Positions 40,201 through 49,473 of a stretch of DNA of 64,000 nt are shown here, piece after piece. The translations under genes and the position numbers were made by a program. Source of the stretch: Candidatus Eiseniibacteriota bacterium (GTDB lineage: Bacteria; Eisenbacteria; RBG-16-71-46; CAIMUX01; VGJL01); the NCBI GenBank assembly GCA_963792585.1, contig CAWBWI010000006.1:736001-800000 (forward strand). Reading direction: 5' to 3'. Under the pieces are notes generated by a model, which saw nothing but the letters and a program-made list of their open reading frames with translations, had not been told where the DNA came from and made no database searches. Position 1 is the stretch's first letter, and the number at the start of each line of letters is the position of its first letter.

Positions 40201-42998
40201 CCCTGATCCGCTTCCGTGATGCTCGCGGTATCGGTGATCGTTTGTCCGACGCCGCCCGCGTTGACCGTCGCGGTGAGGGTGAGGGTCGCACCGGATCCTT
40301 GTCCGAGGCTTCCTACGGTCCAGCGGCCGGTGCCGGATGCGTAGCTTCCCTGCGTCGCGCTATTCGAGACATAGGTCAAGCCGGAGGGAATCTGGTCCCT
40401 GACCACCACGCCCGTCGCTGCGTACGGTCCCAGGTTGGTCAGCGTGACGGTGTAGTGGACCGTCTCGCCGATGGTGGCGGTCGGACGATCCACCGACAGC
40501 GTGAGGCCCAGGTCCGCGCCTTGTACGTTGATCGTGGTGGAGGCGCTGTTGTTCCCGGATACCGGGTCGCCGAGATTCGAAGCGGAAATTCGCGCCGTGT
40601 TGACGATCGCGGAGCCGGAGGTTCCTGCATTGACGGATGCGACGAGGGAGAGGGTGGCAGTCGTCCCGACCGACAGATCGCCGACCGACCAGAGTCCGCT
40701 CCCCACGATGTAGGTGCCCTGACTGGGGGCGTTCGAGACATGCGTCAGACCGGTCGGGAGGAGGTCGGTGAGCGCGACGCCGGTGGTCGCGTTGGGGCCG
40801 CTGTTTCGCACCGTGACGGTGTAGGTCACTCGATCGCCTTCGTCCGGCGACGGATTGTCCACGGTCATCCCCACGGCCAGATCGGCCCCCGTCACATCGA
40901 TGCTGGCGGACGCCGTGTTGTTGCCCGAGATCGGATCTTCCTGGTTTGCCGCAGTGATGGTGGCGACGTTCGTGATCCTCGTTCCGCTCACGTCGGAGGC
41001 CACGATCGCCGTGATCGTGAGCGTGGCCGTAGAGCCGGCATTCAGGTCCCCGACGGTCCAGAGGCCGGTGCCGGAAACGTATTCTCCTTTGCTCGGATTC
41101 GCGGACGTGAAGCTGACGCCGGCCGGCAGGAGATCGGTAACCGCAACCCCCGAGGAGTTGTTGGGCCCGCTGTTGGCCAGCGTGACGGTGTAATGGATCG
41201 TCTCTCCGGTGCTCGGCGTGGGGTGGTCGACCGTCTTCAGGAGGCCTAAGTCCGCGCTCTGGACGACGATCGATGCGGACGCTGTGTTGTTTCCCGGGAC
41301 AGGATCGACGGGCTCCACCGCACCGATGGCGGCGGTGTTAGTAACCGTGCTCCCACCCGTGCCGACGTTGACGCTGGCGGTCAGGATCAAGGTCTCGCTC
41401 GACGTCTTGTTCAATGCGCCGATGGTCCAGACGCCTGTGTCGGGAGCATAGGCGCCGTGGCTTGGATTGCTCGAGACGAAGGTCAGACCGACGGGAAGGA
41501 GATCCGTGACCGTCACGCCCGTGGCAGCCTCGGGTCCGTTGTTGGACGCGGTGAGGGTGTACTGGATCGTGTCCCCAACGTTCGGGGTCGGCCGATCGAC
41601 CGACATGGTGATGCCCAGATCGGCGCTCCGGACGACGAGGGCTGCGGAGGCGCTGTTGTTGGCCGAGTTCGAGTCAGTCTGGTCCGCAGCGGAGACGGCG
41701 GCGGTGTTGGTGATCGTCTGTCCGCCGGTACCGGCGTTGACCGATGCCTGGATGGTCAAGATCGCGCTTGCGCCTGCGTTGAGGCTCCCGACGCTCCAGA
41801 TGCCGGTCGCGTTGGAATAGGACCCCTGGCCTGCGTTGTTCGAGACGTATGTCACTCCGACGGGGAGAGCGTCGGTGAGCGCGATTCCGGTTCCGCCGTC
41901 GGGGCCGTTGTTCAAGACCGTGATGGTGTACTCGACCGTGTCCCCGACGTTCGGATCGGATGGATCGACCGACATGGTCACCGCGAGGTCCGCGGTGGGC
42001 GGACGCGTCTCGAGGAACGCTACATAATAGTAGGACTCGGACCAGTTGTTGACGCTCGAACTCGACCCGAGCTGGAATCCGTTCGGGAGGAACTGCTGGA
42101 TGGCGTTGCTGAACCCGGTGCCGTGGTCGAGGTAGAGACTGAAGTCGCCCACCATGGCGGCCGAACGGCACACCGGCGCGCTCGTGCTCCAGGCGCCCTT
42201 CGTGATGAAGAACGAAGACTGGAACCCGACGACGGTGATGTCGCGGTTGTCGGCGGCGTTCCCGGGATAGTAGCCCGAGTGCGTGACCCCGGCCTGCTCC
42301 GCCCAGGCGACGTAGTGGAACGCCCTGCCCGATTCGTTGACGGAGTTGTCGGATCCGATCACGAATCCATCCGAGACGAAGGAACGAATCCGGTTGGACA
42401 CCTCCGCCGACGAGTCGAAGCGGAGGCTGGCGTTGCTTGCCTGGTTGCTGAAGCGCTGCCCGGCGTGTTGGGACCTATCCGGCAGGATGATCATGTAGGC
42501 CGGCTGGAGGCCCAGACCGGTGATGGTCCGGTTGCTGGATCCGTTGCCGGTATAGGATCCCACGACCATCTGACCCGATGAGGAGCGAAACGCCGTCCAG
42601 TAGTACGTGACGCCGGACGCGTTCACGTCGCTGTCATCACCGACGCTGAAACCGTCCGCATCCAGGGAGCGGATCCGTTTGTTCGAGAGTCCCGTGGCCG
42701 AGCCGAGCGGCTTCGTTGCGTCTCCGACCATGGTCGAGGTTCGCGCGACGCCCTGATCGCTCACGTTGCCCTTGATGATGACGAAGTCGGGTTGGAAGCC
42801 GAGGCCTGTGATGCTTCGAGAACTCATCCCGTCGCCGACGTAGCTGCCCGTCTTCATGACGTAGGCGGCTTGCGGATCGGCCGCAGACCGCCCTGCGCCG
42901 ACGAACAAGGCAGCGACGACCATGAGCAGGGCGACGGCGCAAGAGACGCGCCGCCCCGCTCCGACTGTTGCGCCGATGCGAGGTCGGATCTTCCTCAT
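34287..42998 (-). CDS. Giant (~2,903 aa) secreted repeat surface protein/adhesin; two compensating 1-nt frameshifts at 39426-39427 and 37597-37598
   Basis: Signal peptide; 3 GSY.GNG...GFQP repeats; 6 DUF11 repeats; 3 pairs of alternating Ig-like repeats; FlgD-type tail NFPNPF...WDGRNGRG...NGVY. The three ORFs join in repeat register after one-base corrections. Confidence 0.85.
39790..41996 (-). repeat. Six tandem DUF11 repeats (~122 aa each) in the giant protein
   Basis: ADL...VD...P..G....YT.T..N.GP....G...TD.LP.G.T......G.Y...G.W.VG.L...NN.AS consensus occurs six times. Confidence 0.9.
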
Positions 42999-43317
42999 CA
43001 GCTTTGAATTCGACAGCCGGTGGCGGGAACCTGAGCCGATTGCGGCTCCTTCGTGGGCGGTTGAGGCGGTGCTGCTTTTCCGGACCCGGGGACGAGTTCA
43101 GTTCAACTGCTTGTCGTGAAATGAGTTACTGGGCGTGCGCGCTCTCTGGGAGCGGGTTCGCTGGGCGAACTTCCTCGGAGGCGGCCCTAATGATTGTGCC
43201 GATCGTTCGCGTTCCGACCCGGTCCACGCCGGCAGCCATGGAGCCAGCAATGCAATTCGCCGAGGCGATCCACAGCTACCGGCACGGATGATCGGACGGG
43301 ACCTTGCGCTGCGAGCG

Positions 43318-44649
43318 CTACTTCAGCGCGAAGCGGATCGGCACGGAAACCCAGCAGGCGACCGGCTGGCCGTCGGTCGTGGCCGGCGTGAAAACCCACT
43401 GCCGGGCTGCATCGATCGCCGCATCGTTGAACGCCGGGTGACCCTCTACGGCCTCCATGACGAGAATCTGACCCACGCTTCCGCTCGCCGTGACGCGCAT
43501 GCGGAGGGTCACCGTCCCCTCGATGCCGTTCTTGCGCTCCTCGGCCGGATAGACCGGCTGGATCATCTTGACGAGAACGGGCATCGTCTCCACCTTCTGC
43601 AACTCGGCCGGAGAACCGGACGAGTCCTCTCCCGCCAGCAAGGGCGCAGGCAGGAGGGTGACTACGGCGATGAGGAGGAGAACGGCCCCCAGAATCAGAC
43701 GGTGTCGGTTCATCATCGAATACCTCCACGGACACGAGATCCGTTCGAAACGCACGCGGAGGCCGGGGCCTCCGCCCAACCCGGCAGAAAGCGGATCGAC
43801 GATCGGGAACAGGTTTCGGCGAAGGGTCGCGGCGAGGACCTTTGCGTAGGTCTCCCGCGCGAGGCCGGAACGCACCGCTTGCTCGTCACAGACGAGTTCA
43901 GCGGATTCGCACAGCCTGCGCACCACGTAGGCGACCGGCGGATAGAAGAAGAGGAAGGCGCCGCAGCAGCGCATCGCCGCCGCGCGCAATGGATCGCGCC
44001 GACGACGGTGGCCATCCTCGTGGAGGAGGAGCGCGCGCAGTTCATCGGCATCCGCGTGGTGGAGAAGCTCCGAGGGAACCAGGATGCGCGGACGGAAGAG
44101 GCCCGCGACATAGGGCAAGGATGCGCTCCGCGATGCGCGCACGGCGTGGGCGGGGATCGCCGCGCTCGCGAGGGCTGCCGTCAGGCGAGTCCGTGGCCCG
44201 CCGGGCAGTCGATCGATAGGGACGCCGTGGTCCCGGGCGGAGTGGGCGCAGTCGCGGAGGAGTCTTCGCATTCTCATCGCGAAGCCGATTCCCCAGATCG
44301 CGGTGAGCGCCACCGCGAGGATCCCGATCCAATGGACGGATGCGAGGGCGCGCGGGTCCGGGAACCCGGATGGATTGAGAACAGCGCGGACCGGCGCCAG
44401 GAGAAATCCCTCCGCACCGTGGGTCAGGCCGGCGGTCCGGGTGAGCGCAAGGATCGGCGCGCCGAGAATCGAGACGGGGAGCAGGATCTTCAGGAACGCG
44501 GCGCCCCAGAGGGCCTGGGTCGCCCGCGCGGGCGCGAAACGCATGGCCCGGGCGAGGAGGAAGATCACGAGAAGCACGATCGAGGTTTGCCACAGGTGAT
44601 AGGCCAGGCCGATCCAGAAGGCCGCGAGCCACTCGCCCAGGGGTGTCAT
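43318..44649 (-). CDS. BlaR1-like M56 metallopeptidase fused to TonB C-terminal domain
   Basis: PYVAGLFRPRILVP, HEDGHRRRRD, ELVCDE; C-terminal PVYPAEERKNGIEGTV...AARQWVFTPA...VPIRFAL. Confidence 0.92.
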   Translation of the reverse strand: MTPLGEWLAAFWIGLAYHLWQTSIVLLVIFLLARAMRFAPARATQALWGAAFLKILLPVSILGAPILALTRTAGLTHGAEGFLLAPVRAVLNPSGFPDPRALASVHWIGILAVALTAIWGIGFAMRMRRLLRDCAHSARDHGVPIDRLPGGPRTRLTAALASAAIPAHAVRASRSASLPYVAGLFRPRILVPSELLHHADADELRALLLHEDGHRRRRDPLRAAAMRCCGAFLFFYPPVAYVVRRLCESAELVCDEQAVRSGLARETYAKVLAATLRRNLFPIVDPLSAGLGGGPGLRVRFERISCPWRYSMMNRHRLILGAVLLLIAVVTLLPAPLLAGEDSSGSPAELQKVETMPVLVKMIQPVYPAEERKNGIEGTVTLRMRVTASGSVGQILVMEAVEGHPAFNDAAIDAARQWVFTPATTDGQPVACWVSVPIRFALK

Positions 44650-45053
44650 GGCTTCCTCCGTCTCGGCCGCATCGTCTTCCCATCGTCCCCGTTGCCAAGC
44701 TGCTCCTCGATCGCCCGCAGGTCATCGAGAGAGATTGCCTCCATCTCGGCCAAGTGCGCGACGAGCGGTCCGCCGTGCCCGTCGAAGAGCCCGTCGATCA
44801 AACGGCGGACCTCACGACGGATCATCGTCTTGGGAGCGACCGTCGAGCGGTAGACCCACGCCCTCCCCTCACGACGGACCCGGGCGACCGCGCCTTTCTC
44901 CTCGAGGCGTTCGAAGATTTTGCGCACCGTCGAGTAGCTCGGCGCGTTCGGGAGGTCGGTCTGGACATCACGCATCGAGGCCTCGCCGCGCGCCCAGAGA
45001 CGGCGCAGGCACTGAAGCTCGAAGCGGGACAGTTCAGGTATCTGGCTGCTCAC
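44646..45053 (-). CDS. BlaI/MecI/CopY-family repressor
   Basis: LSRFELQCLRRLW, SYSTVRKIFERLEEKG; ATGA overlap with the M56 gene. Confidence 0.92.
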   Translation of the reverse strand: MSSQIPELSRFELQCLRRLWARGEASMRDVQTDLPNAPSYSTVRKIFERLEEKGAVARVRREGRAWVYRSTVAPKTMIRREVRRLIDGLFDGHGGPLVAHLAEMEAISLDDLRAIEEQLGNGDDGKTMRPRRRKP

Positions 45054-45088
45054 GGACCCTCCCTCCATCTCCCCGACCGGGGACTATC

Positions 45089-45128
45089 TGCGACATCTGT
45101 CACACATAATAGTGCGACAAGCGTCGCA
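45089..45128. promoter_or_regulatory. Tandem BlaI-type operators flanking a -10 box
   Basis: TGCGAC-ATCT-GTCACA (45089-45104) and TGCGAC-AAGC-GTCGCA (45113-45128), with TATTAT on the minus strand between them. Confidence 0.8.
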
Positions 45129-45281
45129 GTGTGCTCAAGCAGTTTTTGGGGGCGGGGCCGACTTTCCGGCGTTCCGCCAAGGAGCGCAGTCGGGGCTCGA
45201 CCTTCGGGCCGGCGGATGCGATCCTCCCCCGGAACATGGTTCCCCGGCCCTGGACGAGCGAACCCGCAGGCGGAGTGATCG

Positions 45282-46265
45282 ATGCAGCTCCAACGCCATC
45301 CCGGAAATCCCATTCTCACGCGAGACCACATTCCCGCCGTCACGCCGGATCTGATCGACGTGAGCTCGGTGTTCAATCCCGGCGCCGTCCGCTGGGAGGG
45401 GCGCGATCTGCTGCTCCTCAGGGTGCAGAACCGAGGGCGGGAGACGTCGATCCTGCGCGCCGTCGACGACGGGAGGGGCTCGTGGGAGGTCCATCCCCAG
45501 CCGGTGCGCTTCCGGGGAATCGAGACGATCCCGGGACCCCTCTACCACATCTATGATCCGCGGATCACGGAGATCGACGGCGCCTTCGCCATCGTATTCG
45601 CGATCGATTGCGATCGGGGCTGCCGTCTGGGAATCGCCCGCACCGCCGACTTCGAGCGGTACGACTTTATCGGCGAAATCGGAGACGAGGAGAGTCGCAA
45701 CGGCGTTCTCTTCCCCGAGCGAGTCGGGGGGCGCTATCTCCTTCTCGAGAGACCAAATCGACTCCGGCCCGATGAGGGGCCCTCGACCGGTGAGACGATC
45801 GTGCTCTCCGAATCTTCCGACCTCATCTCTTGGAAACGCGTCGGACCCGTCATGCATGGCCGGCCCCACTACTGGGACGAGCGCATCGGATCGGGTCCGC
45901 CGCCGATCAAGACTCGGGATGGCTGGTTGCACATCTACCACGGCGTGGCGACCCACTTCGGCGCGGCGAATATCTACCAGGGCGGGGTCGTGCTCCTCGA
46001 CCTCGCCGACCCCACACGGGTGTGCGCGCGAGGCCGCTTCAACATTCTCGAGCCCCGGGAGCTCTACGAAATGGTGGGACAGGTGCCGAACGTCGTCTTC
46101 CCGTCCGGAATGATCGTGGATCGATTCGATCCCGAGGGTTTTGCAGCGCCGGAGAGCCCCGTCCGCGTTTACTACGGCGCCGCGGACACGGCGGTCTGCA
46201 TGGCCACGACTACGGTCGCCGCTCTGACCGCCGCGTGCCGGGAAGGGGCGGAACATGCGTCGTGA
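45282..46265 (+). CDS. GH130 beta-mannoside phosphorylase/hydrolase
   Basis: VFNPGA, YDPRIT, RNGVLFPE, YHGV, VPNVVFPSG, YYGAADT. Confidence 0.93.
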   Translation: MQLQRHPGNPILTRDHIPAVTPDLIDVSSVFNPGAVRWEGRDLLLLRVQNRGRETSILRAVDDGRGSWEVHPQPVRFRGIETIPGPLYHIYDPRITEIDGAFAIVFAIDCDRGCRLGIARTADFERYDFIGEIGDEESRNGVLFPERVGGRYLLLERPNRLRPDEGPSTGETIVLSESSDLISWKRVGPVMHGRPHYWDERIGSGPPPIKTRDGWLHIYHGVATHFGAANIYQGGVVLLDLADPTRVCARGRFNILEPRELYEMVGQVPNVVFPSGMIVDRFDPEGFAAPESPVRVYYGAADTAVCMATTTVAALTAACREGAEHAS

Positions 46266-47403
46266 GATCGTACGGGCGGTCTGTCTCGTTTCTGTCGCCC
46301 TGGTCACCGCGGGGGCGGCCGCCGCATTTCCAACGCCTCGAATCGAGTATGCGCCGAGCCGCTATACGTGCCGTTTCACCGCAACGCCGCCGCTGGTCGA
46401 CGGCGATCTGAGCGACCCCGCGTGGACGGCGGCCACATGGACGCAACCGTTCGTCGACATCGAGGGGAACCTGAAACCGGCCCCACGGTTCGCGACCCGC
46501 GTCAAGATGGCCTGGGACGAGCGCTATTTCTACATCGCGGCCCGGATGGAGGAGCCGGATCTGTGGGCGACGTACGAACAGCGCGACGCCGTCATCTATC
46601 ACGAGAACGATTTCGAGGTGTTCATCGATCCGGATGGCGATACCCACGAGTACTACGAACTGGAGATCAATGCGATCAACACGGTTTGGGATCTGCTTCT
46701 CCTCAAGCCGTACCGCGATGGCGGGCCCGCCGTGAACGCATGGGACATCGCGGGGCTCCGGACGGCCGTCAAGCTGGACGGGACGTTGAATGAGCCGAGC
46801 GATCGTGATGCCGGCTGGACCGTCGAGATCGCCATGCCGTGGGCGGTCCTCGCAGAGTGCGCGCATCGTCCGTCACCCCCGCGGAGCGGGGATCGGTGGT
46901 GGGTCAACTTCTCCCGCGTGGAGTGGAGGCGCGACGTCGTGGACGGCCGTTACGTCAAGACGAAGGACCCGGTGACCGGCAAGGATCTGCCGGAGAACAA
47001 CTGGGTTTGGTCGCCCCAGGGATTGGTTGCGATGCACTACCCGGAAATGTGGGGGCTCGTGACCTTCACGAAGGCCGAGGGGTCCGTTGCGGCGTACGCC
47101 GCGGGCGGTCCGGACCGACAGCCGGCAGCGGACTCGACGGCCGTCCCATCCACGGATCAGGTTGCCGCAGAAGCGGCACGCTGGACGCTTCGAGAGGTCT
47201 ATTACGCGCAGATGGAGTCGATGGAGCGCCATGGCCGGTACCAGGCGTCTCTGGAAGCGCTCCCCCTCGCGTTGCCGGCGACGGCCGTGGTCACGCTCCA
47301 GACCTGCGGGGGCGGCTACGAGGCCATCCTTCCCCTCCCGGACGGAACCGGTTCCTTTCATATTCGCGATGACGGCCGCATCCGGCTCGTCGAAACCCGC
47401 TGA
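46255..47403 (+). CDS. Secreted carbohydrate-binding family 9-like protein
   Basis: Signal peptide; VDGDLSDPAW, ENDFEVFIDPDGD, WTVEIAMPW, WVWSPQG, MHYPEMWG. Confidence 0.88.
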   Translation: MRREIVRAVCLVSVALVTAGAAAAFPTPRIEYAPSRYTCRFTATPPLVDGDLSDPAWTAATWTQPFVDIEGNLKPAPRFATRVKMAWDERYFYIAARMEEPDLWATYEQRDAVIYHENDFEVFIDPDGDTHEYYELEINAINTVWDLLLLKPYRDGGPAVNAWDIAGLRTAVKLDGTLNEPSDRDAGWTVEIAMPWAVLAECAHRPSPPRSGDRWWVNFSRVEWRRDVVDGRYVKTKDPVTGKDLPENNWVWSPQGLVAMHYPEMWGLVTFTKAEGSVAAYAAGGPDRQPAADSTAVPSTDQVAAEAARWTLREVYYAQMESMERHGRYQASLEALPLALPATAVVTLQTCGGGYEAILPLPDGTGSFHIRDDGRIRLVETR

Positions 47404-47454
47404 GCAAGGAGACGAGACGATCGCCGTCCGGTGATCCTGAGGAGACCCGCGAGC

Positions 47455-49473
47455 ATGGCGCTTTCCGCGTTTGATTGGGGCATCGTCTTTACCGTCCTCG
47501 GCCTCCTCGTCCTCTTCATGCTCGGCAGCAAGATCCACATGAAGAGTGTGGCCGACTTCCTGGCGGCGGGGCGCACCGGAGGACGCTACATGATCGCCGT
47601 TTCCGCGGGCGTCGCGGCCCTGGGGGCGATCACGGTCGTCGGCAATTTCGAGATGAATCTCCTCGCGGGATTTTCGATGAGCTGGTGGGGCATGACGATG
47701 GGGATCGTGATCCTCCTCGCGGCCGTCTTCGGCTGGGTGATCTACCGCTTCCGGCAAACCCGCTGCCTCACCCTCGCCCAGTTCTTCGAAATCCGCTACA
47801 GTCGGCGCTTCCGCATCTTCACGGGGCTCATCTCCTTCGTGGCGGGGATCGTCAACATGGGGATCTTCCCCGCCGTGGAAGCGCGCTTCTTCATGTACTT
47901 CTGCGGACTCCCGCCATCGTTCGTTCTCGCGGGGATCTCCTTCTCCACCTTCGCGTTGATCATGATGCTCCTGCTCTCGACCTCCCTCTGGTTCGTCTTC
48001 TCGGGCGGGCAGGTGACCGTCATGATCACCGACTTCCTGCAGGGCGTCTTCGTCAATGTCGCGATGGTGGCGATCGTCCTCTACCTCGCATTCACGACCG
48101 ATTGGACGTTGATCCAGGAATCGCTCCAGGCAGCGCCGGCGAACGCGTCGTTGATCAACCCGTACCACACGAGCCAGGTGAAGGACTTCAACCTCGCCTA
48201 TTTCCTGATCGGCGTCTTCGGCTTCCTCTACGGGACGATGTCGTGGCAGGGAACGCAGGCGTACAACGCCTCGGCCCGCAGCGCGCATGAGGCCAAGATG
48301 GGCGGCGTCCTGGGCCAATGGCGGGTCCTTCCGCAGACGGTCATGCTCCTCTTGATTCCTATCATTGCCTACACGGTCCTGAATCACCCGCACTTCGCCG
48401 GGATCGCGGAGGCGGTCGGTCGTCAGCTCCCCATGAACGAGACGGAGGCGGTGCGAAACCAGCTCAAGGTTCCCCTCGTCCTGCAGCACCTCTTACCCAA
48501 TGGACTGCTGGGCGCCTTCGTCGCATTGATGCTCTGCGCGTCGATCACGACCTACGACACCTATCTCCATTCATGGGGAAGCATCCTCGTGCAGGATGTC
48601 ATCATGCCGATACGCCGAAAGCCGTTCGCGCCGAAACAGCATTTGCTCGCCCTTCGCATGGCGATTCTCTTCGTCGCGGTCTTCATCTTCTGTTTCAGCC
48701 TCGTATTCAAGCAGACGCAGTACATCTTCCTCTTCTTCGCGCTCACGGGGGCCATCTTCGCCGGCGGTTCGGGGGCGGTCATCATCGGCGGTCTCTACTG
48801 GAATCGGGGAACGACGCGGGCGGCATGGGCGGCGATGATCACCGGCTCCACGATCGCCGTCGCGGGGGTCGTGATCCACCAGATCCGGGAAGGATTCTTC
48901 ATCAACGGGCAGCAGTTCTGGGCGATCGCGATGTTCGCCTCCTCGCTGGCATTCGTGCTCGTCTCCTTGCTTGGCCGCCGGAGGGTGTATGACTTCGACC
49001 GCCTTCTGCACCGCGGCGCCTACGCGGTGCGCGAGGAGAGCGCGGAAGGGGCGCCACCGGAGCGCGGCTGGCGGATGCTGGGGATGACGAAGGAGTTCAC
49101 CAAAGGTGATCGCATCATCTATCTGGCCAACTACGTCTGGACCTTCGGCTGGTTCGCGGTCTTCCTCGTGGGAACGATCATCAATCTGAGCCGTGAAGTG
49201 AGCGACCAAACATGGATGCGCTTCTGGAAGGTCTACCTGGGTGTGCAGATCGGGATGGCCGCGGTCACGATTGTCTGGTTCTCGGCCGGCGGGTTCTTGG
49301 ACCTTCGCGAGATGTTGCGGAGATTGAGGACGCAGGTTCGCGATCACACGGATGACGGCTTCGTGAACGAGCGCACCGCGGGCGACTCGATCGGCTTCGA
49401 ACCCGATGCCGGCGGCCGCTCCGGCTCGGATGGGATGGAGCGCGGGAAGGCGGAGGGTGAGGACCGTGGATAG
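47455..49473 (+). CDS. Sodium:solute symporter family (sugar) transporter
   Basis: DFLAAGR, TLAQFFEIRY, GGQVTVMITDFLQG, GGLYWNRGT; many TM segments. Confidence 0.92.
   Translation: MALSAFDWGIVFTVLGLLVLFMLGSKIHMKSVADFLAAGRTGGRYMIAVSAGVAALGAITVVGNFEMNLLAGFSMSWWGMTMGIVILLAAVFGWVIYRFRQTRCLTLAQFFEIRYSRRFRIFTGLISFVAGIVNMGIFPAVEARFFMYFCGLPPSFVLAGISFSTFALIMMLLLSTSLWFVFSGGQVTVMITDFLQGVFVNVAMVAIVLYLAFTTDWTLIQESLQAAPANASLINPYHTSQVKDFNLAYFLIGVFGFLYGTMSWQGTQAYNASARSAHEAKMGGVLGQWRVLPQTVMLLLIPIIAYTVLNHPHFAGIAEAVGRQLPMNETEAVRNQLKVPLVLQHLLPNGLLGAFVALMLCASITTYDTYLHSWGSILVQDVIMPIRRKPFAPKQHLLALRMAILFVAVFIFCFSLVFKQTQYIFLFFALTGAIFAGGSGAVIIGGLYWNRGTTRAAWAAMITGSTIAVAGVVIHQIREGFFINGQQFWAIAMFASSLAFVLVSLLGRRRVYDFDRLLHRGAYAVREESAEGAPPERGWRMLGMTKEFTKGDRIIYLANYVWTFGWFAVFLVGTIINLSREVSDQTWMRFWKVYLGVQIGMAAVTIVWFSAGGFLDLREMLRRLRTQVRDHTDDGFVNERTAGDSIGFEPDAGGRSGSDGMERGKAEGEDRG

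Noticed and set aside
39790..41996. Regularly spaced DNA repeats that could suggest CRISPR or a DGR
   Set aside because: They are degenerate in-frame ~366-bp protein repeats; no cas or reverse transcriptase gene in the window
43135..44853. 572-aa plus-strand ORF, and similar long antisense ORFs (17926-19602, 34779-36554, 37357-39309, 39498-41249, 46873-48489, 59944-61257)
   Set aside because: Shadow ORFs opposite well-supported genes; Arg/Gly-rich with no motifs, as expected at high GC
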